48,231 bases of DNA, from IMG/VR virus record IMGVR_UViG_3300029305_010146; one strand, written 5' to 3'. The notes under the pieces are model-generated. The model saw only the letters and a program-made list of their open reading frames with translations, had not been told where the DNA came from and did not search any database. The DNA comes from an uncultured virus (IMG/VR IMGVR_UViG_3300029305_010146) (lineage: Duplodnaviria > Heunggongvirae > Uroviricota > Caudoviricetes). Positions 1 to 9,640 of the stretch are shown piece by piece. Position 1 is the first letter of the stretch. Every line of letters begins with the position of its first letter. Both the position numbers and the translations under genes were made by a program.

Positions 1-253
1 ATCAATGAGCGATTACTCGCAAGAAGGTGCTGTTTTGACATCTATCGATGTTCGTTTTATTTACGATATCGCATCTCAAACCTTACTGTTAGATAAGATG
101 GATGGTTCTCCTGCTTTAGTTATTGCTAATTACATTACAGATGTTAAATGGGAAGTTTATAACAATAGTGTGAGATATGAAATGAAACAACACATCATCA
201 CTGATAATAATGAGCAAACCATAAGAGGTTTTGCATATTGTAGAGGAAGGTGA
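1..253 (+). CDS. 3' end of a probable minor type IV pilin (truncated by the window start)
   Basis: The frame is open from the window edge. Its stop overlaps the next start (GTGA, 250-253), and it lies directly upstream of a prepilin and pilMNO. The N-terminus is not visible. Confidence 0.45.
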   Translation, partial: SMSDYSQEGAVLTSIDVRFIYDIASQTLLLDKMDGSPALVIANYITDVKWEVYNNSVRYEMKQHIITDNNEQTIRGFAYCRGR

Positions 254-933
254 TGACCATGAGAAAAATATCTGAAAAAATATTGAAAAATGAAAAAAAA
301 GGTTATACACTCATGTATACACTGATTGCCATGGTCGTATGTTGTGCTTTGGTTTTCTCGACAATCACTGTTTCAACTTACTACAACAACAACTTGGCAA
401 GAAAAACTGGAACACGCGGTGCGATTATGTCTGCACAAAGTGGACTTGAACTAACAGAAGATTATCTTAACTATTGTTACAAAGATTCTTATTATGGTGC
501 GACATCCGCCAAAGAACTCTATATTCGCGTGTACGATATCCTTAATACCCTTATTGTTACAAATGACGGCAGTGGTCTCAATGAAAAATCTATGCTAATC
601 TTGCAAGGATATTCAAATTACGAATATGGCGGTAGCGGAGCAAATGGTGTTGCTGCTCAATTGATTCCAGATAATACATCAAGCATTTCATACAAAACAT
701 ATTATTCAAAAGTTTTTATGGATGATATAAAGACTCGTGGAGAATTGACTCTTTTAAGTCTTGGTGAATATATTTATAACAACAAAGCATATTACAAATT
801 TATTACAGTCACGGTATTAATTCAACCGATTTATGGGGCTGATGGCACTATTACATCGTTTGATTTTAAAACAATACAATATAATGAAACTTTAAAAGGA
901 GGCACAGAATTATGGGGAAGCGTTCAGTGGTAA
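250..933 (+). CDS. PilX/GspK-like minor pilin (class III signal peptide lacking Glu+5)
   Basis: Basic leader NEKKG|YTLMYTLIAMVVCCALVF followed by a hydrophobic helix; position +5 is Tyr, not Glu, as in PilX/GspK-type minor pilins. Confidence 0.7.
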   Translation: MMTMRKISEKILKNEKKGYTLMYTLIAMVVCCALVFSTITVSTYYNNNLARKTGTRGAIMSAQSGLELTEDYLNYCYKDSYYGATSAKELYIRVYDILNTLIVTNDGSGLNEKSMLILQGYSNYEYGGSGANGVAAQLIPDNTSSISYKTYYSKVFMDDIKTRGELTLLSLGEYIYNNKAYYKFITVTVLIQPIYGADGTITSFDFKTIQYNETLKGGTELWGSVQW

Positions 934-1949
934 TCGACATCGGAAAATTTAATACAAAAATTTGTGTTTTCGCATTAAATGGTCAAAAATATTCCCTCCA
1001 AAACGGTGCTATTTTTGATACACCAAATGATGCAATGTCCGATGAGTTTTTCCAAAGATGTGATATATTTTTAACAAAACTCAATGTTGCAAATAGTGAT
1101 TTATATGTAATCCTTGGTGAAAATGAAGAGAATTACACCGTAGAAACAGAATTTCCAACAGGCAACAATAAAGAAATCGAAAAAAGTGTAAAAGAAAGAT
1201 ATTCCGCTCTTTCAAAAGATGGTGCCAACGACTGTTATTATTCTTGGCAAACAGTTGGTGAACCAGAAGCAACAGGTCAAACAAGAATTATGATTGCTTA
1301 TGCAAAAAAAGATTATGTTGACAAAATGATTAAACTCGCAGAAAAATACAAAATGAAACTAATGAAAGTTGACCTTGCTTCAACCGCAATTGATGGTATG
1401 GCTCGTTTGATGCAAAAGTCTCCCTCAATTCAAAGTGCGCCACCCAACACAATGTTCACACTGTTGGATATTGGTGCATCTTCCGCAAACTTAATTTTCT
1501 TCACAAACAATGCTGTTCATCGCATTGTGCATTTCCCTCACACAATTTTTAAATTGGATGAGGCATTGACAGGCAATTCTTCTACTGTCGTATATGATAA
1601 GAATCTTAATCGTGAGGCAGTTAAAATGATTCCTGAACTTGTTACACAAGTTCCTCAATATGAATTATATACGAAACCTCTTCTCACAAATCTCATCAAA
1701 GAGTATATCACTACAACAGATGGCGGTAGAAAGTTCGCTTTAGGTCCAATCTTTGTATCTGGCGGTCTTTCAAAATTGCCTTTCTTCTCTCAAAAATTGG
1801 CGAATGACCTTCGTACACAGTGCTTTGATTTTCCAATCAGAGACTTTGTAGATATTGCTGATAACTGCATTTATCGTAGCAACAAGAAAATTTATCCAAC
1901 AGATGATGTATTTGTTACAGCATTAGGAACAGTTGCAGGAGGTGTTTAA
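912..1949 (+). CDS. pilM: Type IV pilus assembly protein PilM (actin/FtsA-like)
   Basis: Motifs VVIDIGKFNTKI, LLDIGASSANL and FVSGGLSKLP; located ahead of pilN/pilO. Confidence 0.85.
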   Translation: MGKRSVVIDIGKFNTKICVFALNGQKYSLQNGAIFDTPNDAMSDEFFQRCDIFLTKLNVANSDLYVILGENEENYTVETEFPTGNNKEIEKSVKERYSALSKDGANDCYYSWQTVGEPEATGQTRIMIAYAKKDYVDKMIKLAEKYKMKLMKVDLASTAIDGMARLMQKSPSIQSAPPNTMFTLLDIGASSANLIFFTNNAVHRIVHFPHTIFKLDEALTGNSSTVVYDKNLNREAVKMIPELVTQVPQYELYTKPLLTNLIKEYITTTDGGRKFALGPIFVSGGLSKLPFFSQKLANDLRTQCFDFPIRDFVDIADNCIYRSNKKIYPTDDVFVTALGTVAGGV

Positions 1950-1951
1950 TT

Positions 1952-2581
1952 ATGACAGGTAATTTCAAAAAGGTAAATTTAGTACCTAATTCATATTTCT
2001 TACTTAAAAAATTAAACATCATTCAGTATGTTGCTTTAGGCATTGCTGTATTTGCGATTTTAATTGTTTCAATCTTCTCTTTTTCACAAATCATTAAACT
2101 CAATGATGTTGAAAAACAGGTTGATGAGGCAAATCAGACTATTGCGAGAGCAGATTTTGCAACACGTGATGCATTGAAACAAAGATACGAAACATTACTC
2201 GCCGCAAATGATGCTGGAAACTTCAATACAATTCCAAATGTTTACGAGGATATGACTGACTTTTTAAGTTGTATTGTTGAAAATATGCCAGAAAACATGA
2301 CCGTTGAAAACATCAATGGTGAATTTACTGGTTCTGGTGTTTATTCTTATTCTTTTGCATTTTCGTCAAAAGAAAGAAGCACAATCGCTCCTTTCCTGCA
2401 GTCTTTGCAAGAAGAAGAGATTCTTAAATATGTTAATATTTCCGCAATTACTTTAAGCGGTGGAGAAGTAGATGTTGGTGAAGGTAACAACTCTGGTGAT
2501 GTTGTTGATGACACTGTCCAAAAAACAGAGGATAGTTGGAAATTTACTCTTGTAATTAAGACCAAAGGAGGCGCTCAATAA
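1952..2581 (+). CDS. pilN: Type IV pilus assembly protein PilN
   Basis: N-terminal VNLVP (INLLP-like PilM-binding motif), single TM helix, coiled coil, then a ferredoxin-like C-terminal region. Confidence 0.8.
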   Translation: MTGNFKKVNLVPNSYFLLKKLNIIQYVALGIAVFAILIVSIFSFSQIIKLNDVEKQVDEANQTIARADFATRDALKQRYETLLAANDAGNFNTIPNVYEDMTDFLSCIVENMPENMTVENINGEFTGSGVYSYSFAFSSKERSTIAPFLQSLQEEEILKYVNISAITLSGGEVDVGEGNNSGDVVDDTVQKTEDSWKFTLVIKTKGGAQ

Positions 2582-3255
2582 TGGCAGGCAAAAAAATTAA
2601 TACAAAATCAGAATTAAGCAAAACCGACGTAAAAATTGTTATTATTGTAGTTATCTTCCTTTTGGCGATTGTAATTGGCGCTATTGAATATTTATATATT
2701 TACAAACCCAATGCCGAAAAAATCACAGAAACTCAACAAACATTAGACGGTTTGCAAATTCGCTTAGAAGAAGCAAAAAAAATTCCAAATCAAATTGCTC
2801 ATTACCAAAGAGAAATCGATATTCTCGAAGGTAAAACTACTGGCGATGGCGAAGAGGGAAATACAGAATTGAGACAGGAATTGGATTTGCCTAAAATCCT
2901 TTCTATTGTCGAAACTTCTGCAACCGCATCAAACATGAAGCTTCAGTCAATCACAATGGATGGTAATGCTGCTTATATCAAAGGAGGAGTTATTATTCCA
3001 TCCACAAACGACCAAAACGGTGAAGGCAACGGTGTGACGGAAGAACAAACAGCAACAGCATTCTATAAATTAGGCATTGCAATGGATGTTACTTCAGTTT
3101 CTTATGAAGGTCTTATGCAATTTTTGGAAACAATTGAAGATGCTGGTTATTATGCAACTACCTCCTCTGCATCTCTTACATTAAACCCAGAGGACAACGT
3201 TTATGCTGGTGCTCTTAACTTCTACATTTATTCATTTGTTTCTTCAAGCAAATAA
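2581..3255 (+). CDS. pilO: Type IV pilus assembly protein PilO
   Basis: TM helix plus coiled coil and SYEGLMQFLETIE motif; translationally coupled to pilN (TAATG). Confidence 0.8.
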   Translation: MAGKKINTKSELSKTDVKIVIIVVIFLLAIVIGAIEYLYIYKPNAEKITETQQTLDGLQIRLEEAKKIPNQIAHYQREIDILEGKTTGDGEEGNTELRQELDLPKILSIVETSATASNMKLQSITMDGNAAYIKGGVIIPSTNDQNGEGNGVTEEQTATAFYKLGIAMDVTSVSYEGLMQFLETIEDAGYYATTSSASLTLNPEDNVYAGALNFYIYSFVSSSK

Positions 3256-3262
3256 TAAATTC

Positions 3263-3294
3263 AAGAAAGTGGGGGAAACTCCACTTTCTTTTTT
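3263..3294 (+). terminator. Rho-independent terminator after pilO
   Basis: AAGAAAGTGG...CCACTTTCTT stem followed by a T run. Confidence 0.8.
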
Positions 3295-3313
3295 GTAATA
3301 TAGTATAAACATA

Positions 3314-3342
3314 TTGATTTTTCTTTTTTTTTGTGCTATACT
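3314..3342 (+). promoter_or_regulatory. sigma-A promoter for pilB-pilT-pilC
   Basis: TTGATT-17 nt-TATACT with extended TG. Confidence 0.65.
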
Positions 3343-3375
3343 TTCATAAAACTTATTTAAAGGAGGCTTCTCTGA

Positions 3376-5076
3376 ATGAATTCTGCATTAAAGAATATTG
3401 ATGGTTTATTACTTGCGAAAAAAGTAATTACACCTCAACAGTTCGATGAAATTCAAAAGTATAAAGCAGAACACAAGGTTTTGTCCATTGATGCAGTAAT
3501 TGCATTAAAAATTTCAGATTATGACGGCATCCACAAGTTATTGGCCGACATTCTTGGTGTTGAATATATTTCTATTAGAAATCACTTCAAGGACATAGAT
3601 GACGATGTAATTGCTCTTTTACCAGAAACTTTAGTAAAAGATTATAATGTTTTCCCTTGGAAACTTAAAGGAACTAATGAGTTAGAACTTTTAATGGCAA
3701 ACCCAAGAGATAAAGTTGCTATCAGCGAAGCAGAGCGATGGACTGGCAAAAAGATAATTCCAATTTTTACAAATGGCGAACAACTATCAGATGTTACAAG
3801 TTATTATTACAGTGAAAAGAAAATCAAAAAGGATATTGAGAGTCTCGCTAAATTAACTGGCGACATTGATTACGATAGCCTTTCTAATGAGGAAATGAGT
3901 ATTCTCGCTTCTGGTTCTGATTCTTCACCAACAGTTAAATTACTTAATATGTTATTCGAAACTGCCGCTATTTATAAGGCATCCGATATTCATATCAAAC
4001 CAAACGAAAAGTTTGTTAGAGTTCGTATGAGAATTGATGGCGAATTAAGAGAAATAGCAAACCCACCAATTTCTTCTTTGAGTGCAATTATTTCTCGTAT
4101 TAAAGTTATGAGTGAGTTAAATATTGCAGAAAAAAGAAAACCGCAAGACGGTGCTTTTGCATATAAAACCGATAAATATTTCCTCGAATTTCGTGTATCT
4201 ATTCTTCCTTCCCTTTATGGCGAATCATGTGTAATGCGTGTTATCGATAAAAATCAAAGAGAATATGATTTTAGTGCTCTTGGTTTGTCCGAAAACGATG
4301 AAAAAACTTTTAAACACATGATTAATCGCAAAGACGGACTCGTTCTTGTAACTGGTCCTACTGGTAGTGGTAAAACCACAACTCTTTATACAGCCTTAAG
4401 ACATCTTAACAAACCTAATATTAATATTATCACTTGCGAAGACCCTGTCGAATCTCCAATCGAGGGCATTAATCAAATCCAAATTAATGCCGCTGTTGGT
4501 CTTGACTTCGCTGCCGCCCTTCGTTCAATTCTTCGTCACGACCCCGACATTATTCTTATTGGTGAGATTCGTGATACGGAAACTGCACAAATTGCTGTAC
4601 GAAGTTCAATCACAGGTCACCTTGTTTTAAGCACATTACACACCAACGATGCTATCTCCGCAATTATGAGATTAAACGATATGGGTGTTGATAGATTTTT
4701 AATTTCTTCTTCCCTTGCTGGTTGTGTTGCACAGCGTCTCTTAAAGAGAGTTTGTCCACATTGTAGCGAAGACCATGCACTTAACTCTGAAGAAGCAGAA
4801 ATCATCGGTTTACCCGAAGGTACTATAACAAAAATTGGAAAAGGTTGTGTATCTTGCGGAAACACAGGTTATAGTGGTCGTGTTGCTATTTATGAGTTAG
4901 TTAAAGTAACACGCGAATTAAGAGATGCTATTACCGCTGGCGAAAGTGTTGAGTCTATAACGGACTTGGCGAAAGAACAAGGCATGGTGACACTGCGCGA
5001 TAGTTGTCGTCAGGCATTATTGAATGGTATCACCAGTTATAAAGAAGCAATTAAAGTAATTTTTGCAAATGATTAA
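3376..5076 (+). CDS. pilB: Type IV pilus extension ATPase PilB (GspE/PulE family)
   Basis: ASDIHI, Walker A GPTGSGKTT, EDPVE, LRHDPDIILIGEIRD, TGHLVLSTLHTN, and tetracysteine CPHC...CVSC. Confidence 0.95.
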   Translation: MNSALKNIDGLLLAKKVITPQQFDEIQKYKAEHKVLSIDAVIALKISDYDGIHKLLADILGVEYISIRNHFKDIDDDVIALLPETLVKDYNVFPWKLKGTNELELLMANPRDKVAISEAERWTGKKIIPIFTNGEQLSDVTSYYYSEKKIKKDIESLAKLTGDIDYDSLSNEEMSILASGSDSSPTVKLLNMLFETAAIYKASDIHIKPNEKFVRVRMRIDGELREIANPPISSLSAIISRIKVMSELNIAEKRKPQDGAFAYKTDKYFLEFRVSILPSLYGESCVMRVIDKNQREYDFSALGLSENDEKTFKHMINRKDGLVLVTGPTGSGKTTTLYTALRHLNKPNINIITCEDPVESPIEGINQIQINAAVGLDFAAALRSILRHDPDIILIGEIRDTETAQIAVRSSITGHLVLSTLHTNDAISAIMRLNDMGVDRFLISSSLAGCVAQRLLKRVCPHCSEDHALNSEEAEIIGLPEGTITKIGKGCVSCGNTGYSGRVAIYELVKVTRELRDAITAGESVESITDLAKEQGMVTLRDSCRQALLNGITSYKEAIKVIFAND

Positions 5077-5092
5077 TAAAGGAGTGTATGTA

Positions 5093-6223
5093 ATGTATAA
5101 CAACAACTTACCAAACCCAAATGTTGTTCCACAACAACAACCCACCCCTCCTGCTAAAGTAAATAATATCGACAAAATTGTTGCTATTTGTAAGAAACAA
5201 GGTGCAACTGATATCCATCTTGCAGTTGGTCAACCACCCATTTGTCGTATCAACGGTGATTTATTGCGCCTTGAAAGACTTGGTGTTCTTTCGGATGCGG
5301 CAATCAAATTGTTGATTGGTGAAATGCTTCCTCCCGAAAAAGAAGAGGAGTTCAAAGAACATCATCAGGCAGACTTTGCTTATCAAACAGCAGAAGGACT
5401 TCGTTTAAGAATCAATGCTTTTATGCAAAGAAAAAAACATGGTGTAGCACTCCGTATTCTTAATGATTCTCATGCAAATCTTGAAGAACTTGGTTTGCCC
5501 AAGGTTCTTTATCAAATTTGCAATCTTCGCTCTGGTCTCGTTCTCGTAACTGGTCCTACTGGTAGTGGTAAATCGACTACTCTTTCGGCAATGATTGACT
5601 ATGTTAACGAGCATAGAGCATGTCATATTTTAACGATGGAAGACCCTATTGAATATACACATAATTCGAAAAAGTCTCTTGTCAACCAAAGAGAAGTTGG
5701 CGACGACACTTTAAGTTATGCCGACTCTCTAAAAGCTGCACTTCGTGAAGACCCAGATGTTATTCTTGTGGGAGAGATGAGAGACCTCGAAACAATTTCC
5801 ATTGCCACTACCGCTGCCGAAACGGGACACTTGGTTTTTAGCACTCTTCACACACTCGGTGCCGCTAAAACCATTGACCGTCTTATTGACGTTTTCCCTC
5901 CTCACCAACAGCAACAGGTTCGTGTTCAGTTGGCAGGTGCTTTGAAGGCAGTTATCTCACAGAGATTGTTACCAAAAGCAGACGGAAGTGGTCGTTGTGT
6001 TGCATATGAAATTATGCTTATCAACCCCGCTATTTCTTCAAATATTCGTGATGGTAAGACCGCCGCAATTAACAACTATATTCAAACAGGTACTCAAGAG
6101 GGTATGATTTTGTTCGAAAACTCTCTTGCGAACCTTGTAAAGGCAGGCATCCTTGCGAAAGATGTTGCATTCGAAAATTGCAATGATGCAGATACATTAT
6201 CTCAATATTTGAGAAAAGTATAA
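5093..6223 (+). CDS. pilT: Type IV pilus retraction ATPase PilT
   Basis: GPTGSGKSTT, EDPIE, ALREDPDVILVGEMRD, TGHLVFSTLHT, and an AIRNLIRE-like AISSNIRD. Start moved to ATG 5093, which follows an AAGGAG RBS. Confidence 0.95.
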   Translation: MYNNNLPNPNVVPQQQPTPPAKVNNIDKIVAICKKQGATDIHLAVGQPPICRINGDLLRLERLGVLSDAAIKLLIGEMLPPEKEEEFKEHHQADFAYQTAEGLRLRINAFMQRKKHGVALRILNDSHANLEELGLPKVLYQICNLRSGLVLVTGPTGSGKSTTLSAMIDYVNEHRACHILTMEDPIEYTHNSKKSLVNQREVGDDTLSYADSLKAALREDPDVILVGEMRDLETISIATTAAETGHLVFSTLHTLGAAKTIDRLIDVFPPHQQQQVRVQLAGALKAVISQRLLPKADGSGRCVAYEIMLINPAISSNIRDGKTAAINNYIQTGTQEGMILFENSLANLVKAGILAKDVAFENCNDADTLSQYLRKV

Positions 6224-6238
6224 TAGGAGGTAAGCACT

Positions 6239-7432
6239 ATGGCAATTTATAAATATTCTGGTCGTACTTCGACTGGTCAAGTTATGAAAAATACTGTTGA
6301 GGCAGATTCCCTTGAACAGGCAACCGCAATGGTTGCCAGCATGGGTATCCGCATCGACAATATCGAAGAAAAAAAATCATTTGAGATGTTTGGCAAAAAG
6401 GTAAAGAAGAAAGACCTTGCTGTTTCCTTACGTCAGATTCAAACAATGATTAAAGCATCTATCCCTATCCCAGTTATTTTAAGTGTTATGTACGAAGACA
6501 CTAAAAAGGGGTATCAAAAAGAGGTATGGGGAGGCATTTACGAAAGCGTTGTAAATGGTCACCCATTATCCGAAGCAATGGCAGAATATCCAAATGTTTT
6601 TGATGAATTCGTCCTTAACATGGTTGAAGTTGGTGAAACCAACGGTCGATTGGACACAGCATTTGACAGAATTGCTACCACAATGGAAAAGAATGTCCGT
6701 CTGGCTGGTAAAGTTAAAGGTGCACTTGTGTACCCTGCAGTATTGATTGTTGTTGCTATCGTCATGGTTATTTTCCTTTCTGTTAGTATTGTTCCTACCT
6801 TCGCCGAATTATTCGTTTCTTTCGGTAGTGAGTTACCTACGATTACAAAAATTATGATGGGAATTTCCGATTCGCTCATTAACTTCTGGTGGGCATATAT
6901 TTTAGGTGCTCTTATTATCGGCTTTATTTGTACATATTTGTGGAAAAATGAAAGTTCGAGACGTGTTATTATTAAAGTTATGCTTAAAATCCCAGTTATT
7001 GGTGGTTTATTAAAGGCAAATGTAATGGCAAAGTTCTCTCGTACAATGTCTTCTATGCTTGATGGTGGTGTTTCTATCATTAAAGCATTGAGTATTACAC
7101 AAGGCTCTGTCAACAACATTGTATATGCAGATTGCTTCGAATTCATTATCAACAATGTTAAAGAAGGTAAAACAATTTGGGAATCCATCCAAGCAACAGA
7201 GCGTTTTACGAATCTTACTATTTCTATGACAAAAATTGGCGAAAACTCTGGTAAACTCGGAGACCTTCTTACAAATACCGCCATTCTTTACGAAGAAGAT
7301 GTCGAAAGAAAAACTGCCGCCGCTATGTCCCTTATGGAACCTTTGATTACTATTGTTATTGGTGGTATCGTTTTGTTCGTTGTTCTTTCTATCGTTGTCC
7401 CAATGTTTGAAATGTATTCTCTCATTGGTTAA
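6239..7432 (+). CDS. pilC: Type IV pilus platform protein PilC (T2SS-F family)
   Basis: Two GspF repeats (VGETNGRL, IGENSGKL), ALVYPAVL, EPLITI and TM helices. Confidence 0.95.
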   Translation: MAIYKYSGRTSTGQVMKNTVEADSLEQATAMVASMGIRIDNIEEKKSFEMFGKKVKKKDLAVSLRQIQTMIKASIPIPVILSVMYEDTKKGYQKEVWGGIYESVVNGHPLSEAMAEYPNVFDEFVLNMVEVGETNGRLDTAFDRIATTMEKNVRLAGKVKGALVYPAVLIVVAIVMVIFLSVSIVPTFAELFVSFGSELPTITKIMMGISDSLINFWWAYILGALIIGFICTYLWKNESSRRVIIKVMLKIPVIGGLLKANVMAKFSRTMSSMLDGGVSIIKALSITQGSVNNIVYADCFEFIINNVKEGKTIWESIQATERFTNLTISMTKIGENSGKLGDLLTNTAILYEEDVERKTAAAMSLMEPLITIVIGGIVLFVVLSIVVPMFEMYSLIG

Positions 7433-7439
7433 TAAAACA

Positions 7440-7465
7440 ATAATCCCGCTTAACAGCGGGATTAT
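7440..7465 (+). terminator. Stem-loop between pilC and the LRR pilin (no T tail; partial terminator or mRNA stabiliser)
   Basis: ATAATCCCGCT-TAAC-AGCGGGATTAT. Confidence 0.5.
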
Positions 7466-7498
7466 CCCAATTAACTTTCAAAGGGGTGTGAAAATCAT

Positions 7499-9487
7499 AT
7501 GAAACTTTTTAATAAAAAAGGGTATACTTTGATTGAACTCTTGGTTGTTATTGGCATTATTGCAGTTTTGGCATCAATTTCTGTTCCTGTTATCTCTGGC
7601 ATAGTCCAAAAGGCGAAATTAAATGCCGACAATTCCAGAGCACAAGGTTATGAAACCGCAATATCTTTGTGGAAGTCAGAAATACCATCTGACCAAACAG
7701 TCTACTATAGTAATTTAAGTTCCACACATCTCATAGGTACAAAAAACCAAAGTGCTTATACGAATGCATATATGGGAACTAGACAATTGCCAGGAATTGA
7801 ATTTGTTGATGAAAGACAAATTAGACATGCTACAATTGCTGCGATTGAATCTCTATCGTTGGAAAACATAAACCCAACTCCTGCTGGTGATTTTTATTTA
7901 GAACACCCCGAAACATCTGGTTATGGTTATAAATATTATTACAGAGCAGGCAAAATTTCAGTTGAAAAAGTTGATTCTACGCATACTATCTCTAATGATG
8001 AAGCATATAAATATTGGATTTGGTTAGACAATCAACCAACCGCACCTGTTTCAATTTGTACAACACCAATAACAAAATATGAGAAAATTCAAGGCGCAAC
8101 ATCTTCCAGTGTAACAAGTCCTGCCTTCTGTTTTTCTTTTTCAATCCCGTCTACCGACGATATAAACAAATGTGTATTCACAATAGAAAATGAAGAATGC
8201 TCTTACACATTGAGTGGAAAACCTAAAACAGCACAAATTTTTATTACTGGAACATACACTATTAAATTTTACTATGCTGGTGAACTCAAAGCAGATTCGC
8301 CTTATGTTGTTAGACCAGAGCACATTCAAGATAATACCGTTGTTATTAGTTATGACGGCAATACATCTTCAATGCAACTATCTTCAAATAAAAATGATTT
8401 TGTATTCGACGGAACAAAAATTGCACAATACACTGGTAGTGATGAAGTGGTGGTTATCCCACCTACAAATCATGCTGGTATTGCTATAACAGAAATAAAA
8501 TCTGGTGCTTTTAGCAATTGTACTGCAAAAAGAATTATCATCCCAGATAGTGTTACAAAAATTAACACAAATGCTTTTTCTTTCTGCTCTAATTTGGTCT
8601 ACATGTCAATTCCTTCTTCGAATCTTGCCGAAAGTTGTATCGTACACTGTCCCAAATTAGAGACTATAGATTTTTATTCACCAAATACAGTGAATCTTTT
8701 ATCCGTATCTGATGTAAAAAACAACATACGCACAATTGCTTATAATGCAATTCACAACTGCAGAAAACTTACACATATCAATCTTACAAGTCTCTACAGA
8801 AGTGTAGATAGCGGTGCTTTTGAACAATTAAAAACAGAAAATTCTATTCTCGATGTTACTGTAGATATTACAAAAGATGATATGAGAACAACTTTCCACC
8901 AAAAGAGTTATGTAAAATTCAATTATACGAACTTTAACATGTTTAAAACCACAACATCTGGTACCATCTATTTCTCCGATAATGCCAAAAACTTACAAGA
9001 CGGAAGTCGCAGATTAGCAATTCCTCATTTGGTGCTTATTGGAAGTACGGCATATCAATACACATCTATCGCATCTCCGACACAAGCCCAATTAACCGCA
9101 GTTAACTCCCTCAAGCAGTCATACGATGAACTGGTTATAGCAAACGGTTATGTGAATGTTGGTAATTCTGCATTTAAGGGTTTCCAATTTAAAACAATTT
9201 CCTTACCATCTTCGTTAAAGACCATTGGAAATGATGCTTTTGCTGGCAACAAATGCTTATCAATCGAAGTACCAAGTAGTGTCACTCAAATTAACGATAG
9301 AGCATTTTCTTCCGAAACATTAGAAACTATCATACTTCGTTGCAATGCCGATGCCCTCTCAAATAATGCATTGGCTGGTTGTAGCAGACTCAAGACCATT
9401 TTGATTTATGATTATACTGGTGATAAATCACAAATAACTCCTCAAAAATTTGGTCTCGGTGACGATGTTGCTATTATTTTTGCTTAA
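7499..9487 (+). CDS. Large type IV pilin fused to BspA-type (LRR_5) leucine-rich repeats; putative adhesin
   Basis: NKKG|YTLIELLVVIGIIAVL prepilin motif; repeats IIIPDSVTKINTNAF, ISLPSSLKTIGNDAF and IEVPSSVTQINDRAF. Confidence 0.85.
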   Translation: MKLFNKKGYTLIELLVVIGIIAVLASISVPVISGIVQKAKLNADNSRAQGYETAISLWKSEIPSDQTVYYSNLSSTHLIGTKNQSAYTNAYMGTRQLPGIEFVDERQIRHATIAAIESLSLENINPTPAGDFYLEHPETSGYGYKYYYRAGKISVEKVDSTHTISNDEAYKYWIWLDNQPTAPVSICTTPITKYEKIQGATSSSVTSPAFCFSFSIPSTDDINKCVFTIENEECSYTLSGKPKTAQIFITGTYTIKFYYAGELKADSPYVVRPEHIQDNTVVISYDGNTSSMQLSSNKNDFVFDGTKIAQYTGSDEVVVIPPTNHAGIAITEIKSGAFSNCTAKRIIIPDSVTKINTNAFSFCSNLVYMSIPSSNLAESCIVHCPKLETIDFYSPNTVNLLSVSDVKNNIRTIAYNAIHNCRKLTHINLTSLYRSVDSGAFEQLKTENSILDVTVDITKDDMRTTFHQKSYVKFNYTNFNMFKTTTSGTIYFSDNAKNLQDGSRRLAIPHLVLIGSTAYQYTSIASPTQAQLTAVNSLKQSYDELVIANGYVNVGNSAFKGFQFKTISLPSSLKTIGNDAFAGNKCLSIEVPSSVTQINDRAFSSETLETIILRCNADALSNNALAGCSRLKTILIYDYTGDKSQITPQKFGLGDDVAIIFA

Positions 9488-9492
9488 AATAT

Positions 9493-9525
9493 TAAACCCA
9501 AAACGAAAGTTTTGGGTTTATTTTT
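9493..9525 (+). terminator. Rho-independent terminator
   Basis: TAAACCCAAAAC-GAAA-GTTTTGGGTTTA followed by a T run. Confidence 0.85.
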
Positions 9526-9640
9526 CGCTTAACTTGAAAATAATTTTATTGACAAATATAATATTTCATAATAATATTTGGAATGAAGAATACTCTTATT
9601 CCAACAGAGGATTCTTTAATTTATAAAAGGAGATGATATT

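Noticed and set aside
1..7432. Chromosomal competence (Com) pilus locus
   Set aside because: No comEA/comEC/comF/dprA or housekeeping neighbours in the window, and the context is element-like. A DNA-uptake role is not strictly excluded.
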